A stretch of 63,706 bases of DNA, filler included, from Octopus bimaculoides (taxonomy: Eukaryota): the NCBI RefSeq assembly GCF_001194135.2. It is 7 parts of 6 records of this genome, joined end to end, with 100 filler letters (N's around TTAATTAATTAA, not from the genome) between each part and the next. Parts side by side here need not be neighbours in the genome. Positions count along the whole stretch, not along the records: positions 1 to 23,393 come from NC_068995.1; 6 more parts are not named here. One strand, 5' to 3'. The translations under genes were made by a program, and so were the position numbers. Every line of letters begins with the position of its first letter. Within the stretch, counting starts at the first letter, position 1. Under the pieces are notes generated by a model. The model was not told the origin of the DNA and made no database searches. It was given only the letters and a program-made list of their open reading frames with translations. This document shows, in pieces, positions 1 through 12,199 of the stretch.

Positions 1-715
1 CAGCACAAGATCAAAGCTTGGCAACCAGGGCTTACCACAACAAAATAATGAACGATGGCAGTGACCCGAAATGCAGAATGTGTCATGAGTAGGATGACAC
101 AGTGGACCGCATCTTAACTGGATGCACAGCGCTTGCAAAAAAACCGAATATATTCATAGACACGATAGAGTAGCGCAATATATCCATTGGAAGATATGCA
201 AACACTACCAGCTTCAGAAATATGGTACCAGCATAAACCTGAAACTGTGACCGGAAAAGATGATGTCACAGTACTCTGGGACATGCCAATCAACACCGAT
301 GAAGATATCAAGGAAAACCTGCCGGACATAATCATCAAAGATGGGAAGAATAAGAAATGCTTAATGATAGATGTGACAGTACCATCAAAGAGAATTGTGT
401 CCATTAAAGAAGTTGAGAATTTATTTTAACTACAAAGACCTAGAAATAGAAGTAACCAAGATGTGGGTAATGAAAAGCAGCACAGCACCAGTGGTGATTG
501 GAGCGTTAGGGCTAATTAAAAAGGGCCTTGATAAGCAGCTCAATAAACTCCCTTGCAGTGTTAACGTGGGAAAACTTCAGAAAATAGTGTTGCTAGGTTC
601 CGCACACATTTACGCCGTGTACTCTCCATGAGATGAGGACCTGCTGTGACCCTAGGGTCAAGGAATGACCCCAGTTCAGCAGAAGACAACGGACCATATT
701 TAATTTTTAGAAATT
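1..715 (+). mobile_element. 3' fragment of R4/Dong-clade RLE non-LTR retrotransposon (zinc knuckle + restriction-like endonuclease + 3'UTR), degenerate
   Basis: From nt 3: AQDQSLATRAYH...CRMCHE*DDTVDRILTGC...RHDRVAQYIHWKIC (CCHC-type knuckle, RHD motif). Then, across frameshifts, PDIIIKD...CLMIDVTVP and YKDLEIEVTKMW...PVVIGALG...LQKIVLLGSAHI. Followed by a (TAA)n tail at ~716-764. Confidence 0.9.
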
Positions 716-1584
716 ATTATTAATAATAATAATAATATTAATAATAATAATAATAATAATAATANNNNNNNNNNNNNNNNNNNNNNNNNNNNNNNNNNNN
801 NNNNNNNNNNNNNNNNNNNNNNNNNNNNNNNNNNNNNNNNNNNNNNNNNNNNNNNNNNNNNNNNNNNNNNNNNNNNNNNNNNNNNNNNNNNNNNNNNNNN
901 NNNNNNNNNNNNNNNNNNNNNNNNNNNNNNNNNNNNNNNNNNNNNNNNNNNNNNNNNNNNNNNNNNNNNNNNNNNNNNNNNNNNNNNNNNNNNNNNNNNN
1001 NNNNNNNNNNNNNNNNNNNNNNNNNNNNNNNNNNNNNNNNNNNNNNNNNNNNNNNNNNNNNNNNNNNNNNNNNNNNNNNNNNNNNNNNNNNNNNNNNNNN
1101 NNNNNNNNNNNNNNNNNNNNNNNNNNNNNNNNNNNNNNNNNNNNNNNNNNNNNNNNNNNNNNNNNNNNNNNNNNNNNNNNNNNNNNNNNNNNNNNNNNNN
1201 NNNNNNNNNNNNNNNNNNNNNNNNNNNNNNNNNNNNNNNNNNNNNNNNNNNNNNNNNNNNNNNNNNNNNNNNNNNNNNNNNNNNNNNNNNNNNNNNNNNN
1301 NNNNNNNNNNNNNNNNNNNNNNNNNNNNNNNNNNNNNNNNNNNNNNNNNNNNNNNNNNNNNNNNNNNNNNNNNNNNNNNNNNNNNNNNNNNNNNNNNNNN
1401 NNNNNNNNNNNNNNNNNNNNNNNNNNNNATATGCATGTAGTGAAGAATTATGTGTACCTACGCCGAATTAAGTCCACTGAATAAATTAATTTTACTATGA
1501 ATCGATGTAATTCATTTGTTTACTTCAAAGAAATCCACATTCTTATTGCATTTGTTTACCTGATACACATTTAACCACTGCAAT

Positions 1585-1609
1585 AGTAGTAGTAGTAGTT
1601 GTAGTAGTA

Positions 1610-1688
<79 letters not shown>

Positions 1689-1712
1689 TACTAATAATAA
1701 TAATATTAATAA
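1585..1712 (+). repeat. (AGT)n(AAT)n microsatellite directly 5' of the Dong-like element
   Basis: Direct read of the sequence. Confidence 0.95.
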
Positions 1713-4700
1713 ACTATGCTCGGCAATAAATCTATCAACAAAAAATACAGACGAATACAGATCTGTTAGCCTTAAGAAGGTACGTTACGACCAATGTTTA
1801 CATGCAGAGAACTCGGTGACGCTGTTGTCTCAAAAAATTGACCCTAAACAAACAAATCCGTCCGCTAATGTCAACGTCGAAGCTCGTCATGCCTCAATGA
1901 TAACAAAGCAAATTACAAACCAGATTAGTTGTCGACCAGATTGCAAAGGACCATGTACTCAATATAGATCTGTTAGCCTTAAGAAGCTACGTTACGAGCA
2001 ATGTTTACATGTAGAGAACTCGGAGACGGTGTTGTCTCAAAAATTTAACTCTAAACAGACAGATCCGTCCCTTAATGTCAACGTCGAAGTTCCTCGTGCC
2101 TCAGTTAACAAAGTAAAATACAAACCGGAATGGTCATCGACCGGATTACAAAGGACCACGTACTCGAACGTTGAACAAGATTCGAGGCGAAAAATCAGCT
2201 ACTAGTTCAAATCTTCCCGACACACAGGAGTTGGAAGTACCCCACAACCGGAATATTCCAACAGATGGCCATCCATGTTCGTCATCAAATAACCAAAAGA
2301 AAAAGAATGAAAAATGGTCTAGGGAAGATGATAAAGAAGTTCTTACGGCCTTCTACCATGCCATATATCTCCCCACAAATAAATCTAATACAATACAAAC
2401 CTACTTAAACTGGAGACAGAAACACCCTGAAGTAAGACCCTACATAGAGAGTAACAAACTTGTCAACGTCAGAAGAAACATTACGAAAAAAATTACTAAC
2501 TGAAGTAGTGATTGACCAAATTAAACAAGGAGTAAGGGATAAAAAGAACGAAGCTGCGGCTAAAGAAGATACTACAGAGGAAATAATTACAGACAAGCCC
2601 AGGACTGATGAAAACGCAGTAGTTATTGAAAGAATTAATGTAACTGATAGGCAAAGTGAAATACTCTCTAAACCAACCATCTACTAAGGTAGATGAAAAT
2701 CAAATAGATGCAAAAAGTCACACAAATATTGACCCATCAGAACTACATAATCTAAAAAATCAAATCATGATTGAATGGCTGAAAACTAAAGAAACCAGTA
2801 TGAATGAACGCGATACTCTCCCAATAATTCGCAATTCTAACCAAAAGCAGAAAATTGGTAAAATCCGCCTTGCACTTAAAGGATATAATTTCAGCTAATA
2901 ATGTTGGTATTACAGATCTCAACCACCTGTACTATGCATCCGCGAAAATCTCAACGATTCTATGTGGTGAAAAGATTAGAAAACGACAACATTCCCACAA
3001 AAAGCCTTCTTGGCAAGAGCGCATTCAACACCGAATTAAGCTACTTAGATCTGACATAGAATGCTTGAAAAACCTTAAGTTTGACAAGACTACCAAACTT
3101 ACAAAACCCCGAAAATTAAAGAAAAATATAATATGAAAACCATACTTGACATTGATGCCATCGTAGAAACCATCAAGCAAAAGGTATGTGCTAAAGCTGC
3201 CAGCATAGCAAGGTATGAAAAGCGCGTTATATTCTTCAAGGATAACAACGTGTTCAAAACTAACCCCCCAAATTTTTTACAGGAAGATAGGGAAAACACC
3301 AGTTACAGTAAAGTCTGTCCCATCAAAAGAATAAGTGCAGGAATTTTGGAATAAAATTTGGGCAGAAGAAAAAACACACAATGAAAAGGCCCCTTGGATT
3401 AATAGAATATCTACAGACTTAGACTGCTTAGAGGAGCAGAAGTGGGCGGGTGTCAAGGTAGAAGATATAAGTCTCCAGGAAAAAATAAAATTCCTAACTT
3501 CTGGTTGAATGCCTTCCCAAAGTGCCACGAACTATTAACAAAACTTTACAACGATGTTTTGCAACATCCTAGTATGATACCCGCTAGGCTAGTTAATAGT
3601 ATTACATTCCTACTTCCAAAAAATTAAGAAACAAGTGAACCAAAAAAATAGACCCATAACCTGATTAACAACAATGCATAAAACGCCAACATCTATCCTG
3701 ACTGAATATATCCATATTTTTTTTTAATAGAAAGTAGCATATTCCCTAATGAGCAAAAAAGGATGTAAACGTGGATCTTATGGTTGTAAAGATCAGCTAC
3801 TCATCAATAAGATGATCTTAGAAGGTTGTCACAAACGACACAAAAACTTGTTAATAGCCTGCATATACTATAAAAAAGCTTTTGATAGTTTACCACATAG
3901 CTGGATTAAGAAAAGTCTGAAAATGTATAAAATAGCGCCTACTCTGCGAAACTTTTGCCTGTAAGTATGAGATCATGGTGAACCACACTGACTTTGAACA
4001 GTGACAATGGATCTCTAAATGCTGGAGATGTAAAAATTTCCATGCTGACTCACTATCACCACTCCTCTTCTGTCTAGCCTTAATACCTCTCTCAAAATTG
4101 CTCAATGCTGCACAGTACGGTTATAAAATGTTTGATAAAAATATAAATCATCTCATTTACATGAATGATTTAAAGCTCTTTGCAAAAAATGACCAATAAC
4201 TCAAGGGCTTACTAGCGATTTTTAAACAATTCAGTGATGATATCAGGATGCAATTTGGTCTCGATAAATGTACAAAAGCTACCTTTATCAAAAGAAAAAT
4301 GACAGAAACATCTAACATTAACCCTGACCAGCAGAATGTCATAAAAGAGTTAGAACCAGCGGAGAGCTACAAATACCTAGGGGTACTTGAAGGGGACAGA
4401 ATCAGGCATTCAGTGATGAGGGAAAGGATCAGAAGAGAATGTGATCGCAGGGTGAAAGCAATACAATGCAAGAAACAGGATCGAAGCGATCACTGCTTTA
4501 GCCATACCAGTCGTGACTTACAGTTTCAATATCATTAACTGGTCAATTACTGAAATATGTAATCTTGACAAAAAAATACGAAAACTGTTGACAATGCATA
4601 GAATGCACCACCCTAAGGCAGATATAGAAAGGCTTTATCTACCAAGAAAAGAGGGAGGTCGTGGACTTTTACAACTGGCATTAACAATGAAGATTGCCAC

Positions 4701-5415
4701 GATTGGCCTAGACACCAACCTGAAAAACTCTGAGGACTGGTTGTTAAAACTTGTCTCAAAACATGAAAACAAGAAAGCATCATACTCAGTAACAAAACAG
4801 GCAAAGGAATATCTAAGTGAATTCCAAATACAACAAATTCCGGAATTAGACATACTAGAAACAAGGACAGAAAAAGCTAAGCGCAGAAAAAGCTAAGCGC
4901 ATGAAAACCCGTGCTAAAACTGCTGCCTTAGATATTCCAGCTGATAAATGGCAAGAAAAACCTCTTAATAGCAAATACCCAAAGAGAACGAATAACGCCG
5001 ATGTTGACAAAGCCCTTACCCATCAATGGCTAATGGCTTTTGGCTTAAAATCTGAAACAGAAGGGTTTATCATAGCAGCCCAAGATCAATGCCTTCCTAT
5101 AAGGAACTACCAGGCAAACATATTAAAGAACGGCAGCTTCCCAACATGTCGCCTATGTCAACAACAAAATGAAACCATTGATCATATTGTCTCCATGTGC
5201 AGTCTTCTTGCGCCTACAGAGTATCTCAACAGGCATGATAGTGCTGCACAATATATTCACTGGGTAATTTACAAAAACCTGGACTTGCCCCATGATAAAA
5301 ACTGGTGGGAACACAAACCACCTACAGTGCTGGAAAATAATCACATTTCACTCATCTGGAACTTCACCATTCAAACTGACAGAAAGATAGATGCAAATAG
5401 GCCAAACATCATATT
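1713..5415 (+). mobile_element. Near full-length R4/Dong-clade RLE non-LTR retrotransposon, dead (many stops and frameshifts); 3' end lost in N gap
   Basis: N-terminal KWSREDDKEVLTAFY...W...HP domain. RT motifs [72 protein letters not shown]. Knuckle CRLCQQQNETIDHIVSMC, RHDSAAQYIHW, and RPNII at the gap edge. Confidence 0.93.
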
Positions 5416-6883
5416 NNNNNNNNNNNNNNNNNNNNNNNNNNNNNNNNNNNNNNNNNNNNNNNNNNNNNNNNNNNNNNNNNNNNNNNNNNNNNNNNNNNNN
5501 NNNNNNNNNNNNNNNNNNNNNNNNNNNNNNNNNNNNNNNNNNNNNNNNNNNNNNNNNNNNNNNNNNNNNNNNNNNNNNNNNNNNNNNNNNNNNNNNNNNN
5601 NNNNNNNNNNNNNNNNNNNNNNNNNNNNNNNNNNNNNNNNNNNNNNNNNNNNNNNNNNNNNNNNNNNNNNNNNNNNNNNNNNNNNNNNNNNNNNNNNNNN
5701 NNNNNNNNNNNNNNNNNNNNNNNNNNNNNNNNNNNNNNNNNNNNNNNNNNNNNNNNNNNNNNNNNNNNNNNNNNNNNNNNNNNNNNNNNNNNNNNNNNNN
5801 NNNNNNNNNNNNNNNNNNNNNNNNNNNNNNNNNNNNNNNNNNNNNNNNNNNNNNNNNNNNNNNNNNNNNNNNNNNNNNNNNNNNNNNNNNNNNNNNNNNN
5901 NNNNNNNNNNNNNNNNNNNNNNNNNNNNNNNNNNNNNNNNNNNNNNNNNNNNNNNNNNNNNNNNNNNNNNNNNNNNNNNNNNNNNNNNNNNNNNNNNNNN
6001 NNNNNNNNNNNNNNNNNNNNNNNNNNNNNNNNNNNNNNNNNNNNNNNNNNNNNNNNNNNNNNNNNNNNNNNNNNNNNNNNNNNNNNNNNNNNNNNNNNNN
6101 NNNNNNNNNNNNNNNNNNNNNNNNNNNNNNNNNNNNNNNNNNNNNNNNNNNNNNNNNNNNNNNNNNNNNNNNNNNNNNNNNNNNNNNNNNNNNNNNNNNN
6201 NNNNNNNNNNNNNNNNNNNNNNNNNNNNNNNNNNNNNNNNNNNNNNNNNNNNNNNNNNNNNNNNNNNNNNNNNNNNNNNNNNNNNNNNNNNNNNNNNNNN
6301 NNNNNNNNNNNNNNNNNNNNNNNNNNNNNNNNNNNNNNNNNNNNNNNNNNNNNNNNNNNNNNNNNNNNNNNNNNNNNNNNNNNNNNNNNNNNNNNNNNNN
6401 AAAGATAATACTCTGTATTAGACACAATGTAGTACTTGTACTTGTCATAAAAATATTGAATGTTCATAACTACAAAGACTTTTTTGATATCAGATACAGT
6501 GGATCGTGTCTGTTCTAAGTGTCAACAACATGATGAATGCTACCATTTACCTTTTTCTGTTGTTCTACATTGAAGAAGACTAAGAAGTCGTTTTTCAGAG
6601 AACAATTAAATAATAAAGTAAACTAATAGGAATTGAGAATGTTTTCATTTTATTCAATCTATATTATTGAACTGAATCTGTTATATTTGTTATTGATATC
6701 TGATTGACCACAGTGAATTTTGGTGCATGTTAATAATTTGAACACTTTTATTGTAGAATTGGGGTGGGGGAGTTTTCAGGTTTTGATAAGAAAATATATT
6801 CGATTAGACCTTCTGTTCTGTTTAAAGTTCAGCAGCTAATATTTTTGCAGACCTCTCGAAATTTCTGGATAAAAACAGTTCAT

Positions 6884-9031
6884 TCAATATGCCATAATTT
6901 CAGAATTCTCATCAGTTTCTTCCACAGATGAGGATAGTTCTGCAAAAGGTGGAAACCTTTTAGCAAGAGGTCTTTCAGATATACGCAAAGGTGAGGTGTC
7001 TTCGTCTTCAGGTAGTGANNNNNNNNNNNNNNNNNNNNNNNNNNNNNNNNNNNNNNNNNNNNNNNNNNNNNNNNNNNNNNNNNNNNNNNNNNNNNNNNNN
7101 NNNNNNNNNNNNNNNNNNTAACGCTCCTCATTTCATCCATTATTTCGAAATCTTCTTCAGTAACACTCCTTATTTCATCCAGTCTGTCGATTTCTGTTCC
7201 AATAGCGCTCCTCACTTCATCCAGTCTATCGATCTCTTCTTCAGTAACGCTCCTCTCTTCATCCAGTCTATCAATCGTTTTTTCAGTAATACTCCTTCTT
7301 TCATCCAGTATATCGATCTCTTCTTCAATAACGCTCCTCATTTCATTCAGTCTATCCATCTCTCCTTCAATAACGCTCATCTGCTCATCATATTTAACTG
7401 GTGACACGCTAGCTGTAGCTCCTGGTAGAAGTTCTCCAGATCTTGAACGAGTTTCATCTCGAATTGATTCTTTAATTTCAGGAGGTAGATCCATTAAGTC
7501 TTGGCCAGGTTCTTCAGATGAAACACTTGATAGTCTAACAGGTGTTAAAGATTGTGAATGTCGATAACTTGATGTCCTACTTGCGTCACCCTGCTGGAGA
7601 TTTCTTTGCCTATCGTCCTCTCCACTATCTGGTGGAGGTTCTCCAGATCTTGAACGAGTTTTATCTCGAATTGATTCTTCAGTTTCAGGAGGTAGATCCA
7701 TTAAGTCTTGGCCAGGTTCTTCGTAAACAGATGAAATACTTGATAATCTACCAGGTGCTAAAGATTGTGAATGTCGATAACTTGATGTCCTACTGAGTTC
7801 GGGTTGCCCTCTGGAATATTCGACACTGGGAATTTCATCCTCCCTAAAAAGCAATTGGGACCGACTTAAGTCACCGGAGCGATATGGGTGAGATGAGTCC
7901 CGCTGTTCCATAAGTTGTTCCCAGACATCAAGGCCATGGTGAGTTGATGCTTTTTGTTTCGCAATTCTATCCAAAGTTTCAGTAGCTGCAGCTCCTTGTG
8001 AAGTTTCTCCAGACCTTGATTTAGATGATATACTTGCGTCACCCTGCTGGAGATTTCTTTGCCTATCGTCCTCTTCACTATCTGGTGGAGGTTCTCCAGA
8101 TCTTGAACGAGTTTTATCTCGAATTGATTCTTCAGTTTCAGGAGGTAGATCCATTAAGTCTTGGCCAGGTTCTTGNNNNNNNNNNNNNNNNNNNNNNNNN
8201 NNNNNNNNNNNNNNNNNNNNNNNNNNNNNNNNNNNNNNNNNNNNNNNNNNNNNNNNNNNNNNNNNNNNNNNNNNNNNNNNNNNNNNNNNNNNNNNNNNNN
8301 NNNNNNNNNNNNNNNNNNNNNNNNNNNNNNNNNNNNNNNNNNNNNNNNNTTGATGCTTTTTGTTTCGCAATTCTATCCAAAGTTTCAGTAGCTGCAGCTC
8401 CTTGTGAAGTTTCTCCAGACCTTGATTTAGATGATATACTTGCGTCACCCTGCTGGAGATTTCTTTGCCTATCGTCCTCTTCACTATCTGGTGGAGGTTC
8501 TCCAGATCTTGAACGAGTTTTATCTCGAATTGATTCTTCAGTTTCAGGAGGTAGATCCATTAAGTCTTGGCCAGGTTCTTGGTAAGCAGTTGCAATACTT
8601 GATAGTCTAACAGGTGCTAAAGATTGTGAATGTCGATAACTTGATGTCCTACTGGGTTCGGGTTTCCCTCTCGGATATTCGACACTGGGAATTTCATCAT
8701 CCCTAAGAAGCAATTGGGACCGACTTAAGTCACCGGAGCGATATGGGTGAGATGAGTCCCGCTGTTCCATAAGTTGTTCCCAGACATCAAAGCCACGGTG
8801 AGTTGATGTTTTTTGTTTCGCAATTCTATCCAAAACTTCAGTAGCTGTAGCTCCTAGTGATTGAGATGATATACTTGCGTCACCCTCAAGTTCAGGCCGT
8901 TTTGCTTCATTATAACTTTCCTCTCCACTATCTTGGGGCGTAGACGCTGCTAAAGGCAATAACCTTCTTTCATAAAACTGTTCTTCATCTAGAATATCTT
9001 CATCATTAAAACCTACCTGACTTAAGTTCAT
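6884..9031 (-). CDS. Uncharacterised acidic S/E/R/P-rich repeat protein (151-aa repeats + 14-aa repeats), ~580-730 aa depending on gap resolution
   Basis: ATG at 9031 (aagaATG, in-frame TAA 13 codons upstream). No stop or frameshift in any sequenced segment (9031-8350, 8175-7119, 7018-6884). After the 100-N gap the compositionally matching frame reads SLPEDEDTSPLRISERPLAKRFPPFAELSSSVEETDENSEIMAY* (TGA 6886-6884). AATAAA on minus at 6752-6747 and 6654-6649. Confidence 0.7.
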
Positions 9032-9699
9032 TCTTTGAGTAACATTAATATCAATGAGGATGCACGGTTAATATGTTTTATGAATGTTCACCACACTTAT
9101 GGCAGTTGATTTTGTATTGAGCGTTTGTAGATGTCCTCTCAAAGCCTATTGTGAATATTTTAAGATAAAAATATATTTTAGTTTAATATGACTGGATATA
9201 AGAATGTTTTATAGTTGTCATACAACATATCAACTCATCACTATGCGTTCGGTATTTCATACATATTTATGTAACTAACACGTTTATACTTAGACACATA
9301 CACAAACATATAATCAGAATACGGACGCCATACGCATATCCACACATATACTGTAGACACACACCTGCACACATATACATGTGCATGAAAACACACATAC
9401 ATGCATGAGGACACTCGCTCCCACATATACACTTAGATACACGCGCACACACATGCTTTTTCTAACATCTTGGAAAAGGAAGCATAAAGAATTATACAAA
9501 TGAACTTGCGACCCTCTATGTGATCAATGGATCTGCAAGAAACAGCGACCATATCTTCCTCAAATCACATCTTGCCATCAATACACAGAGATTGGTGGGG
9601 GTGCAAAATATGACAATTTATGTTCCTTTTTCTTTTTCAGGAACAGCTTGATATATTGGTGAACAGTTAACAGCGTTGGAGAGTAGAGCATAAAGATTA

Positions 9700-10195
9700 A
9701 AGTTGTAGTTGAAAAAACGTTAGCTGATATGGATGGTTGGAAGCCATCTGAATATTGGAAAAAGGTTACCCTTATCATGATGATTCGCACCTGGTGTCAA
9801 AATGCTGACATCATGAGTATTTCTCAATGTTCTGTGAACACTGTAAAGGCTGTTAGACGTGACATGGACAACTGCAACAGTGATTACGAAGCTGTTGCCG
9901 GTAGAAAGAGGCATAATATGCGTTTTGATTGCGTCTGCACGTTGGTTCAATTCAAACTGTTACGTGAACCTGCTGGAGACTTTGATTGATATCTGGTGGG
10001 AGAGGGCAGCTGCTGGAAAGCCATGTATGTGGCAGTAGCATTCGACCAAACTTTCAGAAAGAGCCAGAAGTGCTTGTCGGAGAATTTCTACGACTTCACC
10101 AGTCCCAATTTCTGACCTCCTAATTTCCCAGAAATTCAATCCCATAGATTATTGTGGGAGAAAGATATCAACCACCACTGCAACACTAAGGCCAA
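9700..10195 (+). mobile_element. maT/DD37D-like Tc1-mariner transposase remnant, internally deleted
   Basis: N-terminal HTH-like region (CSVNTVKAVRRDM...AVAGRKRH) jumps to WWERAAAGKPCMWQ*..., KCLSENFYDF..PNF*PPN and WEKDINHHCNTK, resembling the QQDSAP / WPPNSPDLNPLD region of maT transposases. Confidence 0.7.
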
Positions 10196-11019
10196 NNNNN
10201 NNNNNNNNNNNNNNNNNNNNNNNNNNNNNNNNNNNNNNNNNNNNNNNNNNNNNNNNNNNNNNNNNNNNNNNNNNNNNNNNNNNNNNNNNNNNNNNNNNNN
10301 NNNNNNNNNNNNNNNNNNNNNNNNNNNNNNNNNNNNNNNNNNNNNNNNNNNNNNNNNNNNNNNNNNNNNNNNNNNNNNNNNNNNNNNNNNNNNNNNNNNN
10401 NNNNNNNNNNNNNNNNNNNNNNNNNNNNNNNNNNNNNNNNNNNNNNNNNNNNNNNNNNNNNNNNNNNNNNNNNNNNNNNNNNNNNNNNNNNNNNNNNNNN
10501 NNNNNNNNNNNNNNNNNNNNNNNNNNNNNNNNNNNNNNNNNNNNNNNNNNNNNNNNNNNNNNNNNNNNNNNNNNNNNNNNNNNNNNNNNNNNNNNNNNNN
10601 NNNNNNNNNNNNNNNNNNNNNNNNNNNNNNNNNNNNNNNNNNNNNNNNNNNNNNNNNNNNNNNNNNNNNNNNNNNNNNNNNNNNNNNNNNNNNNNNNNNN
10701 NNNNNNNNNNNNNNNNNNNNNNNNNNNNNNTATACAAAAAGACAGAATGGCCATACGTGGAACGTCTTTGCGAATAGGTTTGCTGTCGCAAATTTGCTCA
10801 GTTCCACTTGCACAGCTCTGTATATTCTAGTGTGAAAAATTTATCCTTGTACCTCTACCGGTATGCTTACAGATGTTTTTATGACTGGCAAAACTTGAAG
10901 GGCGCTACAATAAAGCCAGAATACTGGTGTTTCTCCAACACAAGGCGCATACAATAGTCCACCATGACGATAAAAAGGTCAGGAACCAATGTATCTCCCT
11001 GAAGCACTCCAGCCAGTAT

Positions 11020-11810
11020 CTCAAAGAACCCCGTCATCCCGTCAGGCTCAGAGCAGGAGGGTCAAGGCTAAAAAGATATCAGATGCTGAATTTGCTGACG
11101 ACATAGTTCTGGTGGTAAACGCAGTGAGGAAGGCAGAGGAGTTGATGCAGGAGGTGGAGACTGTGTTGATGAGTGTGGGACTGAAAATGAATTAAATCAA
11201 GATGAAGTATCTGGTAGAGAGTATTAAGAAGCCAGAAAGGATTATAAATGTGGGTGGGAAGCCACTAGAGTTGGTTGAGGACCTCCTGTATCTGGGAGCA
11301 AAGATTGGGAACACATGTGGTGATATAGTTGAGAGGAAAAGCAAAGCCTGGGCGGCATGCCACAGTTTGAGATCCGTATGGACCTGAAGATCCGTCTCTT
11401 CATTGCTGCAGTGGAGTCTATGCTGTTGTATGGGTCTGAGACTTGGACATTGACCAAGAAACTCACTCAGATTGTGAATGGGTGCTACACGAGAATGCTG
11501 AGGATGGCTCTGAAAAGTCATCCGTATACACTGAGGATGAAGATCTCAGAGCTGCACGAGAGCCACCCAATAGTTAGCTCGAAAATAATACAGAGGAGAC
11601 TGAGGTTAACTGGACATGCTCACCGTCATTCAGAGTTGATACTGTAGGAGCCCCTACACGGACACACTAGAAGAGGGAAACCGAGGATGACATATGTTGA
11701 TGCCCTAAGGATAGACACTGGTCTCTGGAAGGGACAGGACACGGCAGCGATGGTGCGGGACAAAAACCGCTGGAGAGAACTCGTCCATGGATCTCGGGAA
11801 TTTTACCCGC
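11020..11810 (+). mobile_element. 3' portion of RTE-like LINE reverse transcriptase
   Basis: KISDAEFADDIVL...VGLKMN, EDLLYLGAKI, KIRLFIAAVESMLLYGSETWTLT, RRLRLTGHAHRH, RRGKPRMTYVD. Confidence 0.88.
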
Positions 11811-11872
11811 CCTATATATACATATATATATTATATTATATTATATTATATATATATTATATTATATCATAT

Positions 11873-11904
<32 letters not shown>

Positions 11905-11993
11905 NNNNNNNNNNNNNNNNNNNNNNNNNNNNNNNNNNNNNNNNNNNNNNNNNNNNNNNNNNNNNNNNNNNNNNNNNNNNNNNNNNNNNNNNN

Positions 11994-12042
<49 letters not shown>

Positions 12043-12199
12043 GAGAGAGATGGGTAGATTGTCGCCATTTTTATACTTGAAGGGGTACTTATCTATATAT
12101 AATTCTGAATCAATACACACACTTACTAGCACTCACATATGTATGTATCTATGTAGCTGTGTACGTATGCATGTATGTATGTATGTATGTATGTATGTA

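Noticed and set aside
6401-6575. Cys-rich peptides (TQCSTCTCH, DRVCSKCQQHDECYH) and CHKCGEH upstream of the repeat ORF
   Set aside because: Short, in different frames and interrupted by stops; not enough to call a zinc-finger or viral gene.
6884-9031. Naming the repeat ORF as Rad21/Rec8, securin or meikin
   Set aside because: Only generic STP and ExxR motifs; no kleisin N- or C-terminal domain or other recognisable homology.
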